From Octopus bimaculoides (lineage: Eukaryota), in the NCBI RefSeq assembly GCF_001194135.2, contig NC_068984.1:94627053-94662718 (forward strand): a stretch of 35,666 bases of DNA, in the 5' to 3' direction. A program made the position numbers and the translations under genes. Below the pieces are notes generated by a model. That model saw nothing but the letters and a program-made list of their open reading frames with translations. It was not told where the DNA came from and ran no database searches. Shown here piece by piece: positions 9,780 through 20,017 of this stretch. Within the stretch, counting starts at the first letter, position 1. The number at the start of each line of letters is the position of its first letter.

Positions 9780-12700
9780 AAAAAATAACAAAACTCTATG
9801 GCAGCTCTTCCACACCAAGCTCTTAAAGGAAAGTTAATTCATTTCTCTAAAGCATGAACTCAGGACACTAAACAAAGAAACTTCATTATCATGGGAAAAT
9901 TTTTGAGCAAGCCAGTATTGACTTGCTATAGCACAAACGAATCTTGGTATTCAGGAATGAAACCACCAACATTAGGTAAAAGCTGCTTCAATCAATTCCA
10001 TGAGAATCATTGTGAGTCCAACAACATAGTGCCTGATGAGCAGGCAGGTGGAAATAAGTGAGTGTGTGGATGTGCCTAATAACTTTTGATAAGCAAAGTT
10101 GTACTGTCCAAAGTAAGAAAATACCACCGGCACCTTGTGACAATAATACTTGATATAGGAAAGCATTTGACATTATTCCTGTACTCTGAAGTCTCTATGC
10201 ATAGCAAAAGTACCAGCTGCTTTAGCTGCTGTCATTGATTGGGTTACAAGGACCTAGGCAACAACCTTCAAGCCCATAACTGAAAGTGGAATGATCATCT
10301 TTGATGTTATCATCATCATCATCATCATCATCGTTTAACGTCCGCTTTCCATGCTAGCATGGGTTGGACGATTTGACTGAGGACTGGTGAAACCGGATGG
10401 CAACACCAGGCTCCAGTCTGATTTGGCAGAGTTTCTACAGCTGGATGCCCTTCCTAACGCCAACCACTCAGAGAGTGTAGTGGGTGCTTTTACGTGTCAC
10501 CCGCACGAAAACGGCCACGCTCGAAATGGTGTCTTTTATGTGCCACCCGCACAAGCCAGTCCAGGGGCACTGGCAACGATCTCGCTCGAAAATCCTACAG
10601 GAGCCAGTCAGGNNNNNNNNNNNNNNNNNNNNNNNNNNNNNNNNNNNNNNNNNNNNNNNNNNNNNNNNNNNNNNNNNNNNNNNNNNNNNNNNNNNNNNNN
10701 NNNNNNNNNNNNNNNNNNNNNNNNNNNNNNNNNNNNNNNNNNNNNNNNNNNNNNNNNNNNNNNNNNNNNNNNNNNNNNNNNNNNNNNNNNNNNNNNNNNN
10801 NNNNNNNNNNNNNNNNNNNNNNNNNNNNNNNNNNNNNNNNNNNNNNNNNNNNNNNNNNNNNNNNNNNNNNNNNNNNNNNNNNNNNNNNNNNNNNNNNNNN
10901 NNNNNNNNNNNNNNNNNNNNNNNNNNNNNNNNNNNNNNNNNNNNNNNNNNNNNNNNNNNNNNNNNNNNNNNNNNNNNNNNNNNNNNNNNNNNNNNNNNNN
11001 NNNNNNNNNNNNNNNNNNNNNNNNNNNNNNNNNNNNNNNNNNNNNNNNNNNNNNNNNNNNNNNNNNNNNNNNNNNNNNNNNNNNNNNNNNNNNNNNNNNN
11101 NNNNNNNNNNNNNNNNNNNNNNNNNNNNNNNNNNNNNNNNNNNNNNNNNNNNNNNNNNNNNNNNNNNNNNNNNNNNNNNNNNNNNNNNNNNNNNNNNNNN
11201 NNNNNNNNNNNNNNNNNNNNNNNNNNNNNNNNNNNNNNNNNNNNNNNNNNNNNNNNNNNNNNNNNNNNNNNNNNNNNNNNNNNNNNNNNNNNNNNNNNNN
11301 NNNNNNNNNNNNNNNNNNNNNNNNNNNNNNNNNNNNNNNNNNNNNNNNNNNNNNNNNNNNNNNNNNNNNNNNNNNNNNNNNNNNNNNNNNNNNNNNNNNN
11401 NTGTTTGTTTGCAGTCTTTATTGCACCTGAACATCTGCCACAAACAAAAACTAACTTGCTAGTTAACCTGCCTTTGATGTTGCTGCACCTCTTATGTGTC
11501 CATAGCTTGCACCGGGTACATCTTATAGAGTTACTACCTACTCCTTTTCTACATACTGAGCAGGGCCATCTACCTGAAGGGGTTTGTGTTTTATCTACCT
11601 TCCTACTTATTAGGATTTAGGATTAGGAAAATATTTCAAATGGAATATTCCCAGGAGATAGTCATTCTATCATTCTGTTTATTTTGACATTAAATCCATT
11701 ATCATTTCTACTATAAAAATTCAATAGTCACATGTTTCCGATTGCAACTTTTAAAGATACCAGTGTAACCCATAATTTCTTTGTGGGTGCTAAAAGTGTT
11801 TACAATGCCAAAAAAAATTAGACTTAACATTTTCAGCTGACATAAGAATGGAATTTGGCCAATAGAAGTGTTCATATTTGATTGTTGTACATGAAAAAAC
11901 CAATCTCCCAAACCCAAAACCTGAGCATCAGTGGTCTCTCCATCTCTCCTGTTCCATGTAAAGAATGCTAAAGATACCTTGGCATTGATGAAAACATATC
12001 ATACAAAGGTCTCCTTGCCTTGACATTGCATTATAGATGTAAGCCTCAACAAATTCCCTCTGAATCATGTGAGCACGAAAAAGTAGATGATAAACAATGA
12101 TGATGATGATGACCCAAGAATACTACACCAGACTTTAAAAAAATATGGTAGTTGGAACTCTCCTCTTACAAGACAATACATTTAAAGCACCAATGCTGAT
12201 ACCAATATTTGGATTATTTGACTTGGCTGTAGAGGGAATTCTCAACATAGACATTAAGACCTGTAAGATCCTGACATCAGCTGGAAGCTTCCACAGAAAC
12301 AGTGATATCAACAAGCCCTACCTCAGAAGAAGTAATAGAAGTAGAGGCTTGAGATCAGTGCAAACAGCCTTCAAATGTTGTATAGTCTTTCTCAGACAGC
12401 ACCTGCTAAACTACAGCAATTAAGTAAATGCTTAAACCTAATATTGAAAAGAGAAGAAAACAACATCTTACATGTCAGCAGTGACATTCTCGGGTAGCAC
12501 TGTCTTCTTGACAACTCATACAACTGAAAAGCAGCTGAGCTAACATACCTCAAAGAAAATCTGTATGTGAAATGCTCAGTATACCAAAAAAAAAAACAAA
12601 AAATAAACAAAGACTATGCATGGGTGTGTTTCCCAAAGACTTGAAGATGGCTGTAATATCAACATAATGTGCAGCCTTTCTTGGTCTCATGAATCCTACA

Positions 12701-13400
12701 TCACATCGCACTTTGAAGGCTGTGCTTTTGCAATCCAAGAGCAGGAGATTGCAACAAAACACTTAATAAACAAAAAGGACAGTGAAGCCCTTGGTGCCCC
12801 AAGACGCGACTGGAAATGTCAATTATGTCACATCATATGTTTAATCAGCAACTGCCCAAAATTTTCATCAAGATATTACTTCCCAATGCAAGTCTACATT
12901 GCTAAAATAATATATAGTGCCATCTGAAAAAAACTGTTCTTGGATGAATATAGAGAGCACCCCTGTTATTGATTACATATATAACCATCAACACCAGGAA
13001 TATTTGTGGAACATTCTTATCAAAACTTCTACCAAGTGTAAATATAACAGGTTGGATATTATTGTTTGGAACAGACAAGAAAAAAGGATGTACTTACTCA
13101 TAGATCATCTATCCTGCTGATGTGAATATTTCTTCAAATGTCAAAGACAAAGAGAATAATTATAGACAACTGCTTCAAAACTTTCAGCTTCTATACCTAG
13201 ATTATAAATTTACATTTATATCATTAATAATTGATGCATTTGGTTTTGTGAGTAAATGCCTAAAATGACAGTCTGGAAAAGTCAGGATTTTCAAAATAAA
13301 AGAAATCAACCATTTAATATGCACATTACAAATACAATCTGTGAGTGAAACAGTAAAAATATGCAAGACTTTTTCTCAAGTTCACATCTTTGTTAGAAAC
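9780..13400 (+). mobile_element. Decayed R4/Dong-type RLE non-LTR retrotransposon (RT through endonuclease), interrupted by an RTE insertion
   Basis: NNIVPDEQAGG..LDIGKAFD (about 10020-10170), GIFPGDS...LNPLSFLL...THNFF (about 11640-11790), YLGIDEN (about 11970), DIKTCKILTSAGSFHRNSDINKPYLRRSNRSRGL (ORF 12145..), CPKFSSRYYFPM, CKYNRLDIIVW, and ETVKICKTFL near 13350-13380. Confidence 0.8.
10314..11625 (-). mobile_element. RTE-clade LINE 3' portion: PHD-finger coding fragment, gap, 3' region and (GAT)n tail
   Basis: 11625-11402 minus translates LISRKVDKTQTPSGRWPCSVCRKGVGSNSIRCTRCKLWTHKRCSNIKGRLTSKLVFVCGRCSGAIKTAN; 10612-10314 minus is the same tail as 2048-2404. Joining the two across the gap is an inference. 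Confidence 0.7.
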
Positions 13401-13855
13401 CACTTTATTTAAAAATAGAAGAGAACATACATACACTACACATGCGGTCACACACATACACACAATTATGGAGTGAGGTTGTTAATGTACTTTTCAGAAA
13501 AAAAGAGTGCTTGATGCATAATTTTTGTGAAAGAATGCAAAGGCTGCATTGATCAACAGTTGTAAGTTCGATCATCTTAACATAAAGAAAAATGTATCGC
13601 CATCATCATCATCATCTGCATCTTGTTTGCATGAGATGGTTGGGCCTCTCCAACACAGCATCTCACCATTTGTTGCATTCCTTTGTCATCCTCTTTGTTT
13701 CTGCATAGTTATGTGTCATCAGTTATAGACACTGAATCAGTTATTCATAGTCCACTAAGAACTTTTCAATCTGGATTTAATTAATCAAAGATACACTAAG
13801 CAATGATGATTAAAACAAAGTTGTGCACATTTATATTTAACATATTTACATTCAG

Positions 13856-13913
13856 ATGTTAAAAGACTTTCATTACAGTGACCGTCTTGAAGAAGAAATT
13901 CTCCTTATAGACA
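13856..13913 (+). CDS. Candidate alternative exon (58 bp, phase 0 to 1): MLKDFHYSDRLEEEILLID
   Basis: Acceptor tttacattcag, donor A|gtatgt, open only in phase 0. Confidence 0.3.
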
Positions 13914-14394
13914 GTATGTGCGTGAAAATATACTGTCCTATTAGGAGAATTTATTCTTTAAGACAGTAACCACAGCAAAGGTCTTTCAATGTTTGAGTGC
14001 ATATGAACATTTTAGATATAAAGGTACACAGCTTTTCATTGATTACTCACCCCCACTGTGCAACCATACTATCTTACCTCCTCCACCAACATATGTCTCA
14101 TCCACCTCATGCACTATGTATGTCTTACTCTTCCCCATCCACTTCTGCAACCTACTCAACAGCATGTACTCTCTGTCTCACTCTCTCTTTTCCTGTTTAC
14201 TTTATCATCATTACTATGCTTCTGCTCTGCACTATCAAATATCTCTTTTATTTCCCCACTCACTCCTGACTCCACTGCTCCACTCAGTGGGCAGGCAAGC
14301 TACCAATTGGCTAGCTGGCTTCTGCACAGTTTTCATATGCTAATGTCACTTGCAAGGCATCAGTCAGTCTTATTCTATAGTTAATGTGCCATGT

Positions 14395-14458
14395 AGGGAG
14401 ACTGAACCCCAAACCATTTGATTATAAAGTGAATTTCTTAATCTGTAGTCATGCCTAT
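14395..14458 (-). mobile_element. Degenerate tRNA-SINE head
   Basis: Minus strand ggcatgactac...atggtttggggttcagtctccc, homologous to the head at 15646. Confidence 0.45.
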
Positions 14459-14618
14459 ACTTGTTAATGTAAGATAAACACAGATTACTTTCCTGAACTG
14501 TGGTTTCATTTGGTCAGTTCTTTGATCAACCACGCATATCAGTGTGTTGAAAAGCATATATAATATGTTCAAATGCATGAGTAAGAGTTAAAATAACAAA
14601 GGTTGTATTTATTTGTAG

Positions 14619-14676
14619 AGCCTCCCTAATGTGCTTGCCCGGCAGAAAAGGCGTCAGAAACAATCTTTATCCTGTT
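14619..14676 (+). CDS. Putative host-gene exon c (58 bp, phase 0 to 1): SLPNVLARQKRRQKQSLSC
   Basis: Acceptor gtatttatttgtag, consensus donor T|gtaagt, phases match exons b and d. Confidence 0.7.
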
Positions 14677-15330
14677 GTAAGTATTTCTCTTTTACACTTT
14701 ATATAGTACAGTGCATATTATTTAAAGTTCTAGATTAGTATAACATGGATAACTAAGACTGCATGCTAATCAATATATACAGTTCTTTGTCTCACTGCTC
14801 AAGATTCATACAGTGAGACATAGAACTGTATATACTAATAAGTTTGCTGTAATTGATAAAATAAAATCCCTATAAGATATTAGCTATATTTTTTCCTACT
14901 TTGAAACATTGTCCTTGTAACTAAGTAGAAATAATTATTGTCTTTTGTCTGCAACACGTGATGGAATGTGTTGGAGAATGCTTGTTCAACTTGTAGAAAT
15001 ATGGAAAAACAGACATACGATGAGGATGAGGATGAAGAGTGTAATGATGATGATTATGATGTTATCCTATTTTCTTTGTTTCTTCCTCAAGTTTTCCTCT
15101 TCCTCCTGCTGATCATAGCCAAACTTTATATGTACTTTATGTTTTGCTGTGGTTTATGTTTGGCTCAGGCAAGGTCAGGTTCTTAATAGTGTTGTTATGA
15201 TCTGCTTCTGACTTCTCCAACACATTTATACCCATCATAAGTCTTAAGTGTTTTGATTTGTGTGCAGTGTCAATATTCAGTTGTAGGATTTAACATTTGA
15301 TTTCATATATTAATACTGTATTTACCAAGA

Positions 15331-15549
15331 AGGCAGCGAGCTGGCAAAATTGTTAGCATGCTGGAAAAAAATGCTTAGCTGCATTTCATCTGTCTTTTCA
15401 TTCTGAGTTCAAATTCTGCCAAAGCCAACTTTGCTTTTCATCCTTTCAAGCTCCATAAACTAAGTACCAGTTGAACATTAGGGTCAGTATAATCAACTTA
15501 CCTCTCCCCTTAAATTGTTGGCCTTGTGCCAAAATTTGAAATCAATATT
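15331..15549 (+). mobile_element. tRNA-derived SINE, second family, decayed
   Basis: aggcagcgagctggc head, GAGTTCAAATTC B-box, central ttgcttttcatcctttc...ataaactaagtaccag core (resembles conserved SINE central domains, not assigned), 3' ggccttgtgccaaaatttgaa. Confidence 0.7.
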
Positions 15550-15645
15550 GTATTTACCAATGACTTGTTAATCTTAGATTATTTTAATCACTGTAAAAGC
15601 TTTATCTTAAAATCTCAATTTCTCCCTTGAATATATATATTCTAC

Positions 15646-15830
15646 GGGCATGGCTGTGTGGTTAGGAAGCTTGCTTCCCAGCTGCATGGTTTCGGGTTCA
15701 GTCCCACCGCGTGGCACCTTGGGCAAGTGTCTTCTGCTATAACCCCGGGCTGACCGAAACCTTGTGATTGAATTTGGTAGGCGGAAGTTACTGCCGTGTG
15801 TGTATACGTCTGTGTATGTGCTTGTGCCTC
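15646..15830 (+). mobile_element. tRNA-derived SINE (same family as 591-905 and 33395-33505)
   Basis: A box TGGCTGTGTGG (15651-15661), B box GGTTCAGTCCC (15695-15705), body ggcaccttgggcaagtgtcttc. Confidence 0.85.
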
Positions 15831-15993
15831 TCTCCCAGAGAGTGAGAGGGGGAATACCTCTACCATATGAAATGTGCTCCTGTTACTGAGGATACATGTG
15901 CTGAGGTACCATTAATATATGTGTCCTATTGGTCCTTTACATTATTTATTTATTTACATTTGACGGATATTTGTCCTCATCTTGTTTGTTGTT

Positions 15994-16039
15994 AACACAA
16001 CGTTTCGGCTGATATACCCTCCAGCCTTCGTCAGGTGTC
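15994..16039 (-). ncRNA. Minimal type I hammerhead ribozyme (minus-strand copy)
   Basis: Exact reverse complement of 16197-16242. Confidence 0.8.
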
Positions 16040-16119
16040 TCGGGGAAATTTTGAACCTGGGTTCTCATTCCTAACGATGTTACTATTATTATATTATTAT
16101 TATTATTACTATTATTAAT

Positions 16120-16192
16120 CAGGTCGCTGCCATGAATCGAACTCGGAATCTTGGGGTTAGTAGCCCGCGCTCTTAACCACTACGCCATATGC
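16120..16192 (-). other. tRNA-like Pol III promoter segment inside the PLE unit
   Basis: TGGCGTAGTGG (A box), GGG-CTACTAA-CCC anticodon-like arm, GAGTTCGATTC (B box); no paired acceptor stem. Confidence 0.7.
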
Positions 16193-16196
16193 CCGA

Positions 16197-16242
16197 GACA
16201 CCTGACGAAGGCTGGAGGGTATATCAGCCGAAACGTTGTGTT
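16197..16242 (+). ncRNA. Minimal type I hammerhead ribozyme (plus-strand copy)
   Basis: Stem I GACAC/GTGTT, core CTGACGA (16202-16208), stem II GGCTG/CAGCC after one extra A, GAAA (16230-16233), palindromic ACGT in place of stem III, GUU cleavage triplet (16235-16237). Confidence 0.8.
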
Positions 16243-17015
16243 AACAACAAACAAGATGAGGACAAATATCCGTCAAATGTAAATAATGTAAATAATGTAA
16301 ATAATTCCTCATCTCTTAAATATAGAACTCTATTGGTCCTTGTTTTACTTTTCATACTACAATGTTTATTTTCAATAAATTCATTCATATTACAGAATGT
16401 ATCATAGTTATTGTTTTATTCTTATTTCGAAACAAATATATGATATCATTGATCTACTTAAAATAAACTTGAATCATATCACACTCTTCTACCTGAATTT
16501 GTTTTCTACTCTCAAGTTCAGACCTTTGTGTACCTTCTGGCTCAGACTTGCTTTCTTTACACTCTAGATAAAGGACTAAATCAACCTTAGTAACATTTAG
16601 AGTTTCAAAACTGCTTGTGTATTTTTTATCAATTTAAATAATTTAAATTGATCTAAAATACTATCTGGATTTTCCAAAATAGCAATTAAAAGTAAATTCT
16701 CAGTATGTTGAGTCTGTAACACATTTTAGCTCCTAATTAGAAACATTTTACTCTCTTATTTTGCTAATGCATGAATGTTTGGCTTCCCATTTTTATTCAC
16801 ACTTTATTCCTATGTAAGAAACAATTATTCGAAAAAGATTACAATTACTAGGAAGATTAGATTTGCTTCCCATAATTAAGTACAAAGTCTAAAGAAATAT
16901 TATGCTGTATGAGTGAGTATATATCTATATATATATAAAATACTCAGTTTCATCATCATTATCATTATAGGAAAGTTGGTTATACATCATTAGATGTATA
17001 CCTGACTTTCCTATA

Positions 17016-17304
17016 TAATATTATGAATATAACGGAACGCTGAACTCCAGACTATCAACTTAAACAACATTTATTCAGGTGGTAAATATATACATCTTTA
17101 GCTCTTGTTTGTTGTTACAGCTTCTGTTCTGTGTGAGCATGGTTGTTGGGACGTTGGTATGTAGATGTAAGCGAGCTGTCGAGCGTAAGATGGAGAGAGA
17201 CAGCTAAACACGTCCATGCTCAATCGCTGGCCAGCAAGAAAGAGAGAGAATGAAGCGGGAAAGCTTGCTTGTTGAATTCCACACATGCGCACGGTGTTAC
17301 TACA
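17016..17304 (-). mobile_element. Possible solo LTR
   Basis: GC-richer island; minus strand starts TGTAGTAACA, has AATAAA near its 3' end and ends ...ATATTATA; no target duplication found. Confidence 0.4.
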
Positions 17305-17586
17305 TCATCATTGCTTAACATGTGGTCTTAAACAATGATGGTGATGAAACTGAGCATATATACTTTTCTTTTTGGTAACACTCAGCTGTTTGAAGAAGGA
17401 GGAAAGGAAACTAGACAGTGGGAAGAGAGAAAATATCATATACACATAAATACTAACTCAAGTACATCTGTATATATATACACACACACACACACACATG
17501 CATACATATATATTACAAATGATTATGACATAACAATAGAATTTGAAAGTTTAATCATATTCATTTTTTGTGTTTTCTCTATTTAT

Positions 17587-17940
17587 ATCATCATCGTCAT
17601 CATCATCATCATCATCATCATCATTATTTAGCATCTGCTTTCCATGCTGGTATGGGTTAGATGGTTTGACTGAAACTGGTAAGCTGGAGGGCTGGTTTAG
17701 CATGGTTTCTACAGCTGGATGCTCTTCCTAATGACAACTGCTCCAAGAGAGTAATGGGTGCTTTTTATGTGCCACCGGCACAGGTGCCTGTTACATGACA
17801 CTGACATCAACCTTGACTACAATTTCACTTGGCTTCACAGGTCTCCTCAAGCACAGCTTATCACCAAAGGTCTCAGTCACTTATCATTGCTTCTGTGAGG
17901 TGCAATGTTCAAAGGGTGCTTTTTATATGCCACCAGCAAA
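17587..17940 (-). mobile_element. Old RTE-tailed repeat with (GAT)n tail
   Basis: (CAT)n then ttccatgctggtatgggttagatgg...tttctacagctggatgctcttcctaatg...ttttatgtgccaccggcac, homologous to 10314-10560. Confidence 0.7.
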
Positions 17941-18466
17941 GAAAATCTATTTTGAATCAAACATGCACATATACAGACACACATATGCACGGATGTGAAT
18001 AATTTGCAGGGAATGTGTTGCATATGTTGTAAATGTGCAATTTTTGCATAAACTAAACCTGCTGCCCCTTAACCCATTTGCAAGAACATGTACCCATGTA
18101 TGAATGTGTATATATTTTGAATACATATACAACATTTGTGAAATTAGGTAGAGTGTTTATTGTAGAAAACAGCAATGTAAAATAGTGAGTGAATCATTAA
18201 CTACAACATATTGTACATATTAACAGTAATCAAATCTGTATAATATTTGGTGAGTGATAAATATAATTTTCTCAGTTTCTTGTTATTTTGCCATTTTTAT
18301 TTACATCCTCATACTCTCATTAGCAACTTTCATCATGTACACTTTTCAACAAAAGCTCCATCATTATTGATGACATGGGGGTACATCTATAATTTATTGA
18401 TGATAGTAATTTAAGTAAACATTTCAAAACTTTGCATTATGATATAAACCGACTACTCACTTGTAG

Positions 18467-18555
18467 CACTGGAACGTCATGAATGTCGAGTAGAACTTAA
18501 ACAACCATCAAAGTTAGATGAATCATATGACATCCACGGTGAACCAAGATCAGTT
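18467..18555 (+). CDS. Putative host-gene exon d (phase 1 to 0): (S)LERHECRVELKQPSKLDESYDIHGEPRSV
   Basis: Acceptor ctcacttgtag, donor GTT|gtgagt, 89 bp, exactly the phases needed to bridge exons c and e. Confidence 0.72.
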
Positions 18556-19885
18556 GTGAGTATTAAATTTTGTTTTGCATGACATGTAAAAAAAAATAGT
18601 TGTTTTTCAGTTGCTTAAAAACAAAAATCAAATATTACAATGGACCACAAAAATCATAATACTAATGCTTTATATAGACACTGAAGTGTCAAATAAATAA
18701 ATAAATAATGTTCCTGTGGATAGGACATCAGTATATTACATTACATTCTCAAATGATCTTGAAATTATATAAGTGGAAGCATATAGAATTTAGTCTCTTA
18801 CTCAGGAGCAGTGATTCACCAGCAACAAATATGATCTCACAACTCACAAGCTGTACAATTTCTACACTATCATGTTTCATCTACTATATCACTTTAATTA
18901 TGAATAGAAAATCTATGGAAAGAGTTAGTGGGCTGTAGAATTTGAGTTGGTTGGATCAGCATATATAGAATGATATATATTTTGATTTGTAATAATGATA
19001 GTAATCTTAAGTTTAAGAAGGTTGATTACTAAACCTATGTTCATCAGTTCAAATCTTGCTATAGCCATTTTGATGTACCCATAGACAATTAACATTAATC
19101 TGCATACTTCAGCTTGCCTAACTGACAATACTTTATGGTTGAGTATTTACAAGTAGAATGAGCATATAACAGTAATATATATAAAGGTGTATTAAATATC
19201 ATATAAGTGCTTACGTTGTTGTGTCTATATTTATTTAGACTTGGTAAGGACTAAGCAGCCTGAGATGATGTGGTCAACTGTCTCATTATGCTAGTTGCAC
19301 ATTCTGCATTTTGTATTGAGGCCTGTTTTCATTATTTTGTTTTTATAATTTTGTAGTCAGGCATTGGTCTTGTGCAGCAAGAATCAGTCCTTCTGTTTTG
19401 GCTTTTAGTCCAAAGCTTTTGAGTTATTGTTGGCTTTTATTTAGGCTCACTTCCTCTCTGTCAAGCCTTGGAGGGTATTGGCCATTAAGTGATTTTTCTC
19501 TTCATTTCTTCTTCAGTGTCTTTTGTAATTCAGTTTTCATGTTTTTTGTCTCTTTGACCATTCTGCTATGTTGTCATCTGGGGGTTAGTGTAGTTTGTTT
19601 CTGTTTTGTATTTTGTCGCCTCCTTGTGTATAGAGAAAAGCATTTTCTTTTTCTCATGTTGCTTTACTACATGCAGTAGTCTTCCACTCCTTGTTTCTAA
19701 GTACTTTGCTAGTCCAACTGTTGTTATTTTAATGTAAGTCTCTGATATAGATATATCAGGCCACAGCCTCCTTCTGAGTAAGGTAGATATAGTCTGTCTG
19801 TGTCTGCTTTGGGGTGATGACTTCGGCACACTGTTAGTACATAATTTACATTTGATGGATATTTGTCCTCATCTTGTTTGTTGTT

Positions 19886-19929
19886 AACACGTTTCGGCTG
19901 ATGTACTCTCCAGCCTTCATCAGGTGTCC
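19886..19929 (-). ncRNA. Variant minimal hammerhead (3-nt shorter after GAAACG)
   Basis: GACAC-CTGATGA-AGGCTG-GAGAGTACAT-CAGCC-GAAA-CGTGTT; lacks the separate NUH triplet of copy 1. Confidence 0.55.
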
Positions 19930-19943
19930 TGGGGGAAAATTTT

Positions 19944-19962
19944 TTATTATTATTATTATTAC

Positions 19963-20017
<55 letters not shown>

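Larger units (their letters stand above)
15938..16329. mobile_element. Penelope-like (PLE) short insertion with inverted terminal segments
   Basis: Arms 15953-16044 and 16192-16283 are reverse complements; whole unit flanked by the 12-bp direct repeat CTATTGGTCCTT (15926-15937 and 16330-16341); each arm carries a minimal hammerhead, a known PLE pseudo-LTR feature. Confidence 0.8.

Noticed and set aside
10387-11620. Long ORFs of 280-380 aa
   Set aside because: They are open only because they run through N gaps (poly-X); the same applies to 20074-20907 and 33477-34718
14968-15186. Acidic DEDEDEE ORF as a host exon
   Set aside because: (GAT/GAG)n low complexity, no convincing donor, and the nearest acceptor gives TAA when joined to exon c
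16120-16192. Bona fide tRNA gene (ACT anticodon)
   Set aside because: Acceptor stem does not pair, the segment is embedded in a repeated mobile unit, and a diverged copy lies at 20940-21008
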